Shown piece after piece: positions 12,400 through 22,729 of a stretch of 33,119 nucleotides of DNA (its first letter is position 1; each line of letters opens with the position of its first letter). This DNA is from Phoronis australis (lineage: Eukaryota; Animalia; Phoronida). A program made the translations under genes and the position numbers. The notes under the pieces are model-generated. The model was not told the DNA's origin and searched no databases. It saw only the letters and a list, made by a program, of their open reading frames with translations. The stretch covers positions 356,518 to 389,636 of the forward strand of contig NMRA01000432.1 of assembly GCA_002633005.1 (NCBI GenBank), read 5' to 3'.

Positions 12400-15300
12400 A
12401 TATATCCTTTAAAAAATCTATTCAAGACATCAGCATGGCAAGCGCACATCTTTAAGTAACCTGTAACAGTATTCAAAAATTCAGGTTTACGCTTACATAG
12501 CTTAATGTCTATGTTCAGCAGCTTAGAAATTTCTTTCAAATTCACAACTTTCAGATTACCTAACTTTTTGTCCCTCACCATCTCACACAAGTTTTCTCCT
12601 CCATACATAATCGGATGCAATACCCCCAACTTCACGAAATACTGCATCTCTAATTTCCTCCTCCCAGATACGTCGACCATTTGCAACATCATCTTCGTCT
12701 TCATCTTCAAAAACTGCTTTGCGTTTTATTTGAAGTGCAAGTCGTGAAAAAAGGTAGATATCTGTTTGGCTGTTCGCCACTCATTGGAAGGAAACTTCGA
12801 TCTGATGAACTGAACACACTGCTCTGGGTCTGCTTTTTGGCCACTTTTCTCGCCATCGTTAAACATATTTTTAAGGGAATCCCTCACACCTTCGGACATT
12901 CTTGAGGCATTTTTAACCGATTTCAATGCCCAACCTTCCTCTAATGTTGAAAATCCAAATACTTCCTCAGCCATTTGCTTGTAATCATCTGAAAAAAAGA
13001 GGGTAAAACACCTCAACACGAGGGAGATTACGGTTCATCCGGTGATATGAATTGACAATTTAGAAAACTTTCTTGCACTTGATTTCTCAACTACACACAC
13101 GCACTGCAAATGCTCAATTCACGATTACCTAAGTTCAGTATCAGGAACCAGGTTTCATATCTGTGCTCTGAAGTCCTGGCACTGACTTTAGGTGCATCCA
13201 TGAAAACGAAATTACCGACGAGTTACCGATGGACGACTAAGTGTAGATCGTGACTTAACGCGACAAACCGGCAATTTCCGTACCGTCCTTGATCTCAAAC
13301 TGTCAAAGTGCGACGTGTGTTTGGGCTTTTTGGGAAAATTTTTCTGCTCTGACTTGCGAATTTCTAGCAAACTAGCTGTAGAGCAAGACACCGTGAATGT
13401 TACTATAAGAAAGAACAATTGCTCATGGTTTGTTGAACCCCTGTTTTGTGGAACTTTATTGAGTTATGTGTTTGATATGGATGGCTGAATTAAAGCACCC
13501 GTGGAATTTCTAGTCCCGAGTGTCATACCTTGCAGTATTATATGTAGTGTATTGGGGACCATCAGAAGCTGAGGTCGCCTGTGGTAATGCACAGGTCCTT
13601 TTCTTAAATGTACTATAAGAAAAGACATGTGCCTGAAGAAAAAATAAATGCAAACTTAGGACTACCAAAAATGATGCTTGTTATTCAGCAGTAACTGCTA
13701 TCAGGTGAATTTAGAAGGCAGAATTAACCAATGCATACCTGATCCAATGGGCAGGATCACATTTCTCTCACTTCTTATCTCCTCTAACAATAACATAGCT
13801 AAATTCATTGTGCGACAACCTCTCGGAGCTTTTATGACGCCTCTTCTTCTTCCCTCCATGGTCTGGGTAGCAGGGCTTGGAATGACCCGAGACAATCTAA
13901 ACCATAACTCAACAGATCGAAAGTAAACAATAGTATCACAAGATGCCATGTTACTGTGTTGGCAAAACGCACTCATCTTAAGTAGTACCTGACATCTATT
14001 TCAGCAACAACAATGAAGGCAATTAGATGCAGCAAAATGTATTTTTTAAAATTAAAATAATAAAGATAATGATGAAAAATTTGCAGTGTGAGCGGCAGGA
14101 GCTTATTTTTGATTTGCTGCAGGGAGACCTGTAAAATTATTTTCAATTCTTATAATTACGATACAAAATTACAAAAACAAAAAAAAATGTAAATCGATTC
14201 AAAGATTATCTGGAAAGCCTGAAATACATACACATTTAATTCCAAAAAATTTAATTCCAACGCAAATGGAAAAAAGTCATGACGAAAACCTGTGGCTCAT
14301 ACCCCAACTGCTAGCATGGAAAAATGAAAGTCAAAAATACACTTCAAACCATAGAATGCATCAACCCCAATCCTAAGTTGGTCACACTTTTCAGATTCAA
14401 ACAGTAATTACAGGAGTTAATTGTTCATAAGCAACGCTGGTGTAGAAGAAACTATGTGACATAAGAAATAACTACCAGGACACTGAAAATAGGCTGGTGG
14501 AATTTGTAAACAATGGCTTAGACCAATCAGATCATTCAGAATCTGTCACGTGATCACTTCTCTCAACTACAAAACTCGAGTCACAAAATAGAACACGAAA
14601 AGGCAATTTAAAACACATTTGTAGTAACGAAAATAGCACTTTACATTCCGGCACATAGAAAATCGCACTCTGGTGGTCAGGCCTAGCACTAGCAGCCAAC
14701 GACAACGGGCGTGCATGCGGGATCAAACAAAAGAATTTCATACATCACTCACATTCCACGATTCCAAGCCAACGAATAACCGGTTCCAGTTGAATTTCCT
14801 TTCAGGAAGCGTTATTATTCCTAGTATTTCATCGTTTTTAGTCGGTCCTCCGACTCCAACTTAGTCCAAGGCGACTTGGCCACACGCTCAGTAATTGTTC
14901 CCCTCTCAAAGTTTACAGAGCACAAACCTTGGTTTGTGAAGACATTGACCCTTTCTTTTTTCCACTTTTTCCAAGAAATATTCAGTCTACTCCACGCTCC
15001 ACGCATTTTTGATTGCAGAATCGCATTATTTGTCACCACGATTTTATACCAAATGAAGACGCCATTGACGAACCATGCTATCCCAGGCACAGGCACTTGA
15101 ACTTATCTTTTCCTCGATTGCCACTGATGTCACTCACTACTAAGAAAACACGTTTCTTATATATGGTTACTAGTCATCGGCAAGTTCGAGCGCCTGTGAT
15201 CTGCAATTACAATTTTTGTTCCTCAGAAACATAAAGAGCAGTTTCCGCTTTTCGAGTCGTCAGCAACGTCGCGATGAGAAACCAATACCGCGATAATTTT

Positions 15301-15690
15301 AATTTTATGGCAAATCCGATTTTTCCGCGGAAATATAACAAAAATACGCCGATCGAATAAAAGAAAAAAAGCGGAAATCCGCGTTTCCGCGGACAATTCC
15401 AAGTCTTGGGGTATGCACAGAGTTTTAATGGGAAGAACTCTACACCTGACTTGTTCCTATGAAGGGGACACACCGTCGCTTCTTCAGCTGAGCCCTCGTC
15501 AAATCCAGCTCTGTTCAACAGAAGTTTCCACTCCGTTACGTCCTCCGATATGTTTATGTACCGCAGATATTTGGAAATACCCCTGTCAGAGCTCATAACA
15601 CTCGTCAGATTCTTTTCACCCCCGACTTCAGAACAATTTACTGTGGATTTTGTAGAGAATGAACAACGCGTGCCCACAAGGTTCGCCTAG
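12400..15690 (-). pseudogene. Decayed spliced transposase-like gene of the Sola3-like element (N- and C-terminal parts; catalytic core not found)
   Basis: N-terminal piece VTEWKLLLNRAG...VCPLHR...LCAYP (15677-15409) rejoins DHGG...VILPIGSG (13864-13739) once the nested element is removed; GT-AG intron 13633-13738; putative small exon 13529-13632; acceptor at 12989-12990 followed by GWALKS...MFNDGEKSGQKADPEQ...TAKQISTFF/SRL...HPIMYGGENLCEM...CAC with two frameshifts. Confidence 0.65.
13871..15408. mobile_element. ~1.54 kb non-autonomous hAT-like TIR element with apparent 6-bp TSD, inserted into the transposase exon
   Basis: TIRs cagggcttggaat / attccaagtcttg (11/13); flanks GGGTAG (13865-13870) and GGGTAT (15409-15414); ccgcgg/gcggaa subterminal repeats at 15325-15392; excision restores the reading CAYP-DHG. 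Confidence 0.75.
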
Positions 15691-16613
15691 TCTCCTGCAC
15701 AGACCCTCGAGGTTGGTTGGGGTCTGCTACAGGGCACTTTTCCATCCGCATTCTTGGAATATCATTGGCTGTTCCGATTTCAAGAAACAAGGCATTCTAT
15801 TGGTCAGTTCTATAATAGGTCAAACTAGTTTACCAACATGGCGACTTCCAGTGAAAGAATGTCGGTGAATTTACAGCTGTTTAAATCTCTGTTTTGATCG
15901 AACTCCTGTATTTCAAAGCTAACGAGTCAAGGAATCCATCACCAGTAACGTATACGAAACATTTTATGATAATTGTCCAGTATACTATGCTGGATTCTGA
16001 AGTAATGTGATTTTTTACGAAATAATTTGTGGAAGAAAATAATAGACATTACCTGCCATTACCATTACCCCATTAGGCCACCCACAACAACAGTCGCGTA
16101 CTACACCGCTATTCGGAATAGCGGGAAAGGACTAGCTGAGTGCGTCGCGTCCACGGGAGTTTGTCTCGATCTTTTCAGAGCACACCCTCTCGTATGTTAA
16201 CATATTCATGTGCGTTATATAAGTTCCCGTGAATGCCGTGAAGGTTGAACTGGTGGGTCATATAAGGATATCATATACTGTCACTGGCACACTTGTCACT
16301 TCTAACAGAAGTTAGGAGCATAAAAATACAGTCAATGGTCCTAAAGATGCAAACATTAATCAGTCTAGCAATAGTTATAATGACTGGTTTTGGTGGAAAA
16401 ATGGATCATTTTATACAGTTCAAACCAAAAAGTAAATATTTTTGTGTAATTTATTTGGAAATTCGCTCGTTCATGCTGACTTTTGTAATGTCTGAGTCAC
16501 TGGTCAGAGGGGCACATTTGGTCATATGCAATCTATGCAAGTGTCCTCTCTCTCTTGGACCCCGACTCGTCGACTGTTTCATTTTTTGCTTTCCACATTC
16601 ACATGACATCAAG

Positions 16614-18432
16614 TGTTGCAGTTTGCAACAATTAGAGAACTATATATAGTTTATACTATAACCACTAGGTGTCTCTGTAGCTAGCTTCCCACCATTGTCT
16701 TAGTAACTACACGTTGATATTACATAGAGGTAGGGATTATCACCTTTTCCACGAGTATTCACTTTATATCCCGTTTATATTACATTGTCATTACCCTTGA
16801 GCTATACAGTAAGCATTCTCTTTACTTGTACTTCTAGGTCTCCATCATTCTTTCAGTAAAGGTTGACAAGAAATGACGAATGTTTATCTATGATGGAGAC
16901 CTAATTCAGTGACCTACTTCTACCGACTTCTCAAGCGTCGCAATGCCGATCATTCAGTGCCCTATTGAGGGATGCCCCTACATGACGCCTGACGTCGACC
17001 CGGCTATTGTGGCCGCTCTACTGACAACTCACGCCACAAGTCACACGTCACCAGTCCCTGGTAGCCCCCACCCTCATGCTGTGCCTGCTGAAAAGGTCAA
17101 ACGGCCTCACATCGCCTCGGCTGGGACGAGTGAGGACTGGCAATATTTCCTTTCCCGCTGGTCCGATTACGTCACGGCGACCAATATCTCGGGCAAAGAC
17201 CGAATTATTCAACTTCTGGAATGTTGCGATGAGCCACTCCGCAAAGACCTCACCCGCAACGCCGGAGGGTCTCTCAAAGAGAAAACGGAAGAGGATGTCC
17301 TCCACGCCATGCGCGCCCTGGCCGTACGTGCTGAGAATGCAATGGTCGCTAGGGCCACCTTGCACGGGATGCTACAAGACCGCGACGAATCCATACGCGC
17401 TTTCGGCGCCCGCTTGCGGGGCCAAGCCAGCATTTGCAAGTTCAGCTTACCATGCCCTAACTGCAGCTACGCTGTCAATTACACAGACCCCATTATACGC
17501 GACTGTCTATCCCTCGGTATTAATGACTCAGAAATTCAACTTGAACTTCCGGGGGATAACAACCAGGACATGACTCTGGAAGAAACTTTACGCTTTGTCG
17601 AATCGAAGGAAGCTGGTAAACGACCAGCACCTACCGGCGACAACAACATCAACCAAAACAGCACGTGCCACCCTGCATCTATTGCGGCGGCAAGGGCCAT
17701 GGCCGCACAGCGCCGCTGCAAACCCGCAGAAGTGTATGCCCCGCCTACGGTCACACATGCGAACACTGTGGCAAGCTCCACCACTATAAGGACACTTGTC
17801 GCAGCAAACCACAAAACGGTAAAACCCCCGACAGCGCTAGTGCTGTTTTCGATTCCCTATGTGAAATCTCCGCGCACCCACAGGTCCTAAAACGATTACT
17901 CGCACTGAGTCACCACAACTACGACGAGCTCACAAATGCTTGGCTGAGGGAAAGGTCACTACCCCAACCCTTCATCAACCTGACAGCTCGTGTCTCCAGA
18001 GATGACTACTCCCGCTTCGGATTCTCGGACCTCGCACCCTCCTGGTACCCGAACGCTCAAATTGCATGCATGGCCGACACGGGATGCCAGAGTTGTCTTT
18101 CTGGACTTCAGACCCTTAAAGGCCTCGGTGTTACACGCCGCAATCTAGTGCCAGTCGACATGAAGTTGCACGCTGCCAACAACGAAGGTATCCGCATCCT
18201 GGGTGCCACTTTCCTCCATATCTCTGGTGCAACAAGCGACAGCCAACTCCTACACACTAAACAGATCGTATACGTCACTAACAGTACGGACAACTTCTAC
18301 CTTAGCCGAGAGGCCTGTGTTGCCCTACAGCTCATCACGGACAGTTTCCCTACCGTTGGTGATGCAGCATCCACTCCTGCGACCCACACTGACGGAATTG
18401 AATCCTGTGCACCCTCTGGCCCTCCGCTGTAA
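16614..18432 (+). mobile_element. Ty3/Gypsy LTR retrotransposon 5' fragment (putative 5' LTR, gag, protease); RT, RNase H and integrase absent
   Basis: Gag and protease ORFs at 16943-18432. The LTR is inferred loosely from tgttgca at 16614, AGTAAA at 16855 and ...ttca at 16908; its boundaries are uncertain. Confidence 0.75.
16943..18432 (+). pseudogene. Gypsy gag-protease pseudogene (one frameshift near 17625, truncated after the protease)
   Basis: Gag motifs SEDWQYFLSRWSDY, QLLECCDEPLRKDL, QDRDESIRAFGARLRGQASICKF; zinc knuckles CIYCGGKGH and CPAYGHTCEHCGKLHHYKDTC; aspartic protease MADTGCQSCL...ILG...YLSREACVAL. Confidence 0.9.
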
Positions 18433-18811
18433 GAGACCTAAACAATTCATAAAAAGCTTTCAAATAATGAAACTGAAAAATGCCAAGTGAAAACGGTGAA
18501 GCCATTGTCAATTCAGGTTTATTTACATAATAAAGAATCGATAATTACATGAATTTCAGCTCAGTTTGTTGATAATATAACAACATAAACAGCTACTTCA
18601 CCAGAGACTTCGACCGCAAACGCAACCCAAAAATAACTTTTTACTCTTGCGACACCTAGCGACCTCATAACTTATTACCGGATATAAGCATGCGCAGCGC
18701 AAACTTCCTGGTCAAAAATTTCCAGCTAACAGCCAATGAAATCCATCGTTCTAGTGCCCTGTACCTGGGCCTTCACAAGCAATCCGTGACGTCAGCTTGT
18801 GAGGCCCGGAA

Positions 18812-18973
18812 ACCAGCCTCGCGTTCAGTAACGCTACGACCTCGCTAAAGAGCAAGACTTCGCGAGATTCCGTGAGTTATTTTCGTGTATTTTAAGTGAG
18901 AGCACGTGACTAAAACTAGATTTTAGCTAGGTCCTAGCGTAGGTCCTAGCGTCTACTGAACGCACGCCAGGTT
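18812..18973. repeat. ~160-bp foldback with ~30-bp imperfect inverted arms
   Basis: aaccagcctcgcgttcagtaacgctacgacct vs aggtcctagcgtctactgaacgcacgccaggtt; tandem taggtcctagcg x2 at 18928-18951. Confidence 0.7.
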
Positions 18974-21042
18974 AAAGGGTCGCCATTCTTGTGTCTTCCG
19001 TCCCCTGTACTCTCAAAGCTAGTATTTTTGTCGTATGTTCAGTTAAACTCTTTTTATTTTATTCAAATATAATTTTATTCTACATATAATTCATTATGAG
19101 GAATGATACAGAGACAAATTGTAATTTTATGTTCTGTTTCTGTTAAAATACGCAATTTGATGAGTTTCGGTATGTCAAGTTGACATCGACCTTCGCTGAT
19201 AATTGCCAAGGCAATAATGCGAAAGTGCCTCCGAATAAAGTCGGATTGTCAAAAAAGGATGAATTATGCCAAAGTTCAAATAATATTACGGAGAATAATA
19301 AAGTTTTTTCTGTACTAAGACACCATTTTTTAAATATAATTTGGAACCACTTTTTCATAATCGGACTTCTACTATCGGAAAACTTCGGGATATACTAAGC
19401 CTAACCAAGGCCTAACTGAATTTTATTGCGTCAACAAAAAGTCGAGATGAAATACAAATTCAGAAAGATGCTCAACGAAATCAATTCTCAAGCATAGCAA
19501 TGGCTTCAATTCCACAAATTATGATCATTCAAAGTCCCAAACTGGCTTACAGCTCTGCGGGTGTTGGCATTCTTTTTGTCTTTTTGGACATTCTTGTCCT
19601 GTGTGTGAAAAAACCACGACGGAGGGTATTTATTATTTTTTTTATAGAACGACTCCAGATGAAAAACAGACGTGATTTAGTTATTCATATGTGACTACAA
19701 ATTGGTGTGCAAAGTGTCAACTTAATTGATGAAAGTGCCTCCGCCAACACTTTGCAATTTTGCAGGTTTTCTCAGATAATGCCTCTTAAGTCTTTTGTCT
19801 GGCTTAAAAGTCTTATCATTTTCCCTTCATGAATTTACGACGTCAGTTAACAACTCAAGGAGCTCTTGCGGCTGTGTACCAGTTAAACTGCAATCCGAGT
19901 AGCCTCCTGACGAACAGCAGCACATCCATCGTGCTCGCGTCATACTTTTCTAGCATGAAATTTTGACAAAATGTACTACCTCTGCTAGTTTTCAACTAAG
20001 CAAATGAAAGTGGGTAATAGTTTTAGATCCACGTGTTCTTCTAATCCCGTGATCTTTGCGGAACCACTCGTACTAAACTAACATGGATTTGGCATCTTTC
20101 ATAACCAGCTGCTGCCTGTATACATAGAACTGAGCACATTTCTTTAATCCATACATTACTGCCAGTGTCATCTGAATTATAGAAAAAAATATTCCGACGA
20201 CAGGTGTTGACAAAAGTTGATCCATCAGTTCACCTTTACCCAAGCTCGCTGGATTTATTCGTTTGTGATCGTCAATTTTGCCCACCAAGAGGATTATAAG
20301 AATGGTATTCATGAGAATGACGTACGTTGGGAGAACAAGCGCTTTGTCGAAATTCATTGTTCCTTGCAAAAATGTCCAATTTCCAGGCACTTTTGCGAAC
20401 GAAGCTCCACAGCTGAAATGAAGAAAATTACAAGGAAAATTCGACAAAATAAATAAGTGCTTACAGACGCATTGAGCTGAAAACAAAAATCTGGTGGATT
20501 AAATTTAGCATATCGAAACATTGGTAGTTGCAATACCTAACGAAGCAAAAAACACAGTGTGTGGTCTCCAACAAAAATGGATAAAATTGTGCAGCCCGCT
20601 TGCCATAATTCTCGTCAATTATATACTTTCGACAGTAATCAGAAGTGTGTCCCGTAAAAACAAGACACTTGCAAAACACTTGCACGACAAATCATGGCTT
20701 ACGGAACGGAAAAGCGTTTTTCTTTACTGGAGTACGTTCCGCAGAGCTAGTTTCTTGCAAGTAAGGCGTAATTTGTGAAGGGGGCAAGGTGATGTCGGAG
20801 GTGTGAAAATTACCAATAATTGCCGATATCGCTAAGAAGGAAAAGGTAAAGCATGGAAGAAAGTTTTGGCCAAGCAAATTTTGCAAAAAATGTTTTTTGT
20901 TCATTTGTGATAAATTTGTCATACTAGTAGAATTTCATAGTACTAATATCGTAATGTGTTATTTTGCTATCAGTTTTTTACGTGATGTGCATAAAACGAA
21001 AGAGGTAACCGCATATGTGAGTGCTTTTAGGTCCATGCGTCT

Positions 21043-21053
21043 ACACACACACA

Positions 21054-21093
<40 letters not shown>

Positions 21094-21100
21094 CACACAT

Positions 21101-21151
<51 letters not shown>
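21043..21151 (+). repeat. Compound (CA)n/(CACG)n microsatellite
   Basis: Directly visible. Confidence 0.98.
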
Positions 21152-21152
<1 letters not shown>

Positions 21153-21167
21153 CTTAATTGATCCAAC

Positions 21168-22710
21168 AATGCGTCCTCTACAGGACAAAATGTTTTCATC
21201 CTAAAATCGAGGTGCGCATGCACAATTGCCGATATTTCAACCATCTTTGACCGGAAGCACATGATTTCCAGGACATTTGTAGAACACGTCTAGTACAATA
21301 AGCGTACTGATTTTCAACCCTGTACGTAAAAAATACGGCCTCTACGAGCATTTGTATCTGAATTCGAAAACAAAATGGCCGACACGTCCGTCATCCGATT
21401 AGGATAAAAAATAGGCTTCCAGCACTTCTAGAACTACAGGTTGTGCGTAAATTTTGTGCGGATCGGACTTGCGACCTGTATTGTGCAAACAAACAAACAA
21501 AGAAATAAAAAAATGAAAGCGCTCGGAGGAGGTGAAATTAATGGAGACGACGATGGAGAGGACGACAACGACTATGATGATGATGGTGACGATGAAGGTG
21601 GCGACTATGAACAACACGATAACATTCTTATGACAAGCGAAAAATTCAGAAATCAGTAAGAAATATGCTAGTCTTGAGCGACACTTGTCGAAATTAACTG
21701 AAAAGACGACGATCGACATGACGACAACGATGATGATTATGATGATGACGATGAAAGTGGCGATTATGAACAACATATCATTCGTATGATTAGCAAAGAT
21801 GTCAGAAATCACTAAGAAATAAGCTACAGTCTTGTTCAATAGAAGCTAAACCAACATCAGAGCAGCAAGACCGGTCAACAAAGGAACAGCGCAATCATAA
21901 AATCTCAAATAATTCGAAAAGTACACGTTGGACCAAAAATGGAAAATATCGTCTGAAAGCCCGTAAAAAATGAAATTTTGCATTTTTTGAAATTCTAAGT
22001 CAAATATCTCAAAAACGGTAAGTCTGAGAAAAAATTGTTAGAGTTCATTTAAAAGGATTAACTTTAGAAAAACCACATACAGAAATTCACGTCATTTTCT
22101 CTTCCCGTTTAAAATGCCACCACAGCACAATTGAAAATCCGTCAAAATGAACCATATCCGTTATATTGAAAGCAACTTCCAGTTCCGCAGCAATAGATAA
22201 TAGCTAGTCATAGAAAACTAATGCATGGCAAATTTCGAAGCAATTGATCTGATAATGCGCCTTCTACAGGACTAAAGCTGTTTAGCCCAAAGTCGAGGTG
22301 CGCATGCCCAATTTTAGATATTTCCGCCATATTTGACCGGAAATTCGTGATTTCGCTCATATTTATAATTCTTGTCTACTTCTACTGTGCCACTTTTCAC
22401 CCGTGTACGTCAAAAATGCGGCCTCTATGAGCATCTGAATCATTTGAATCTGAAATCGGAAACAAAATGGCCGCCATGTCCGCCATCTTAGATCCGATCA
22501 TGACCAAAAACAACAGGCTTTCAACACTTTTGGACCTACAAGTTGAGTGTAAATTTCGTGTGGATCAAACGAAAAGTGCGACCTGTAAAGGGCAAAAAAA
22601 CAATTAACAAAATTGATGTCAGAGCAACATACTTGGCGAAATTTAATTCGCCAAATAAAAATTAGAGTCAGAGCAATATACTTGGCGAAATCCTATTTCG
22701 CCAAGTAATA
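21168..22710 (-). mobile_element. HINE-like element(s), family 2 (5' part): two diverged ~350-bp copies, a 157-bp tandem pair and a duplicated 5' hairpin
   Basis: 21168-21510 aligns with 22254-22610 (tctacaggac...tcgaggtgcgcatgc...aaacaaaatggccg...tgcgacctgta). The end tacttggcgaaat-cct-atttcgccaagta-ataa (~22679-22710) reads TTATTA plus stem-loop on the minus strand, as in family 1; AAAC repeats lie just inside. Confidence 0.6.
21533..21838 (+). repeat. Two tandem ~157-bp units containing (GAT/GAC)n tracts
   Basis: gaaattaa...gacgacgat...gtggcga(c/t)tatgaacaaca...cagaaatca(g/c)taagaaata...agtcttg starting at 21533 and 21690. Confidence 0.85.
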
Positions 22711-22729
22711 AATGGATGGCGAACGGCAT

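Larger units (their letters stand above)
9390..19785 (-). mobile_element. Sola3-like DNA transposon, decayed and internally deleted, with nested insertions
   Basis: TTAA at 9386-9389 and 19786-19789 flank perfect 19-bp TIRs GAGGCATTATCTGAGAAAA / TTTTCTCAGATAATGCCTC; weaker similarity continues to ~50 bp; a second inverted block aaaaagtggttcc (9583-9595) / ggaaccacttttt (19343-19355). GAG...CTC termini with a TTAA target are the described Sola3 signature; transposase-like remnants lie inside. Confidence 0.72.

Noticed and set aside
17600-17890. Overlap of the gag and protease ORFs as a programmed ribosomal frameshift
   Set aside because: No slippery heptamer is evident, and the shift falls inside gag before the zinc knuckles (EAGKR followed by TSTYRR in another frame), which is better explained by a small deletion.
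17048-18490. Antisense and alternative-frame ORFs over the Gypsy region
   Set aside because: Shadows of a GC-rich coding sequence with no independent motifs.
20897-21262. His-Thr and Cys-Val repeat ORFs
   Set aside because: Translations of the (CA)n/(CACG)n microsatellite.
21399-21839. Asp-rich ORF (+) and hydrophobic membrane-like ORF (-)
   Set aside because: Both derive from (GAT/GAC)n tracts in the 157-bp tandem repeat.
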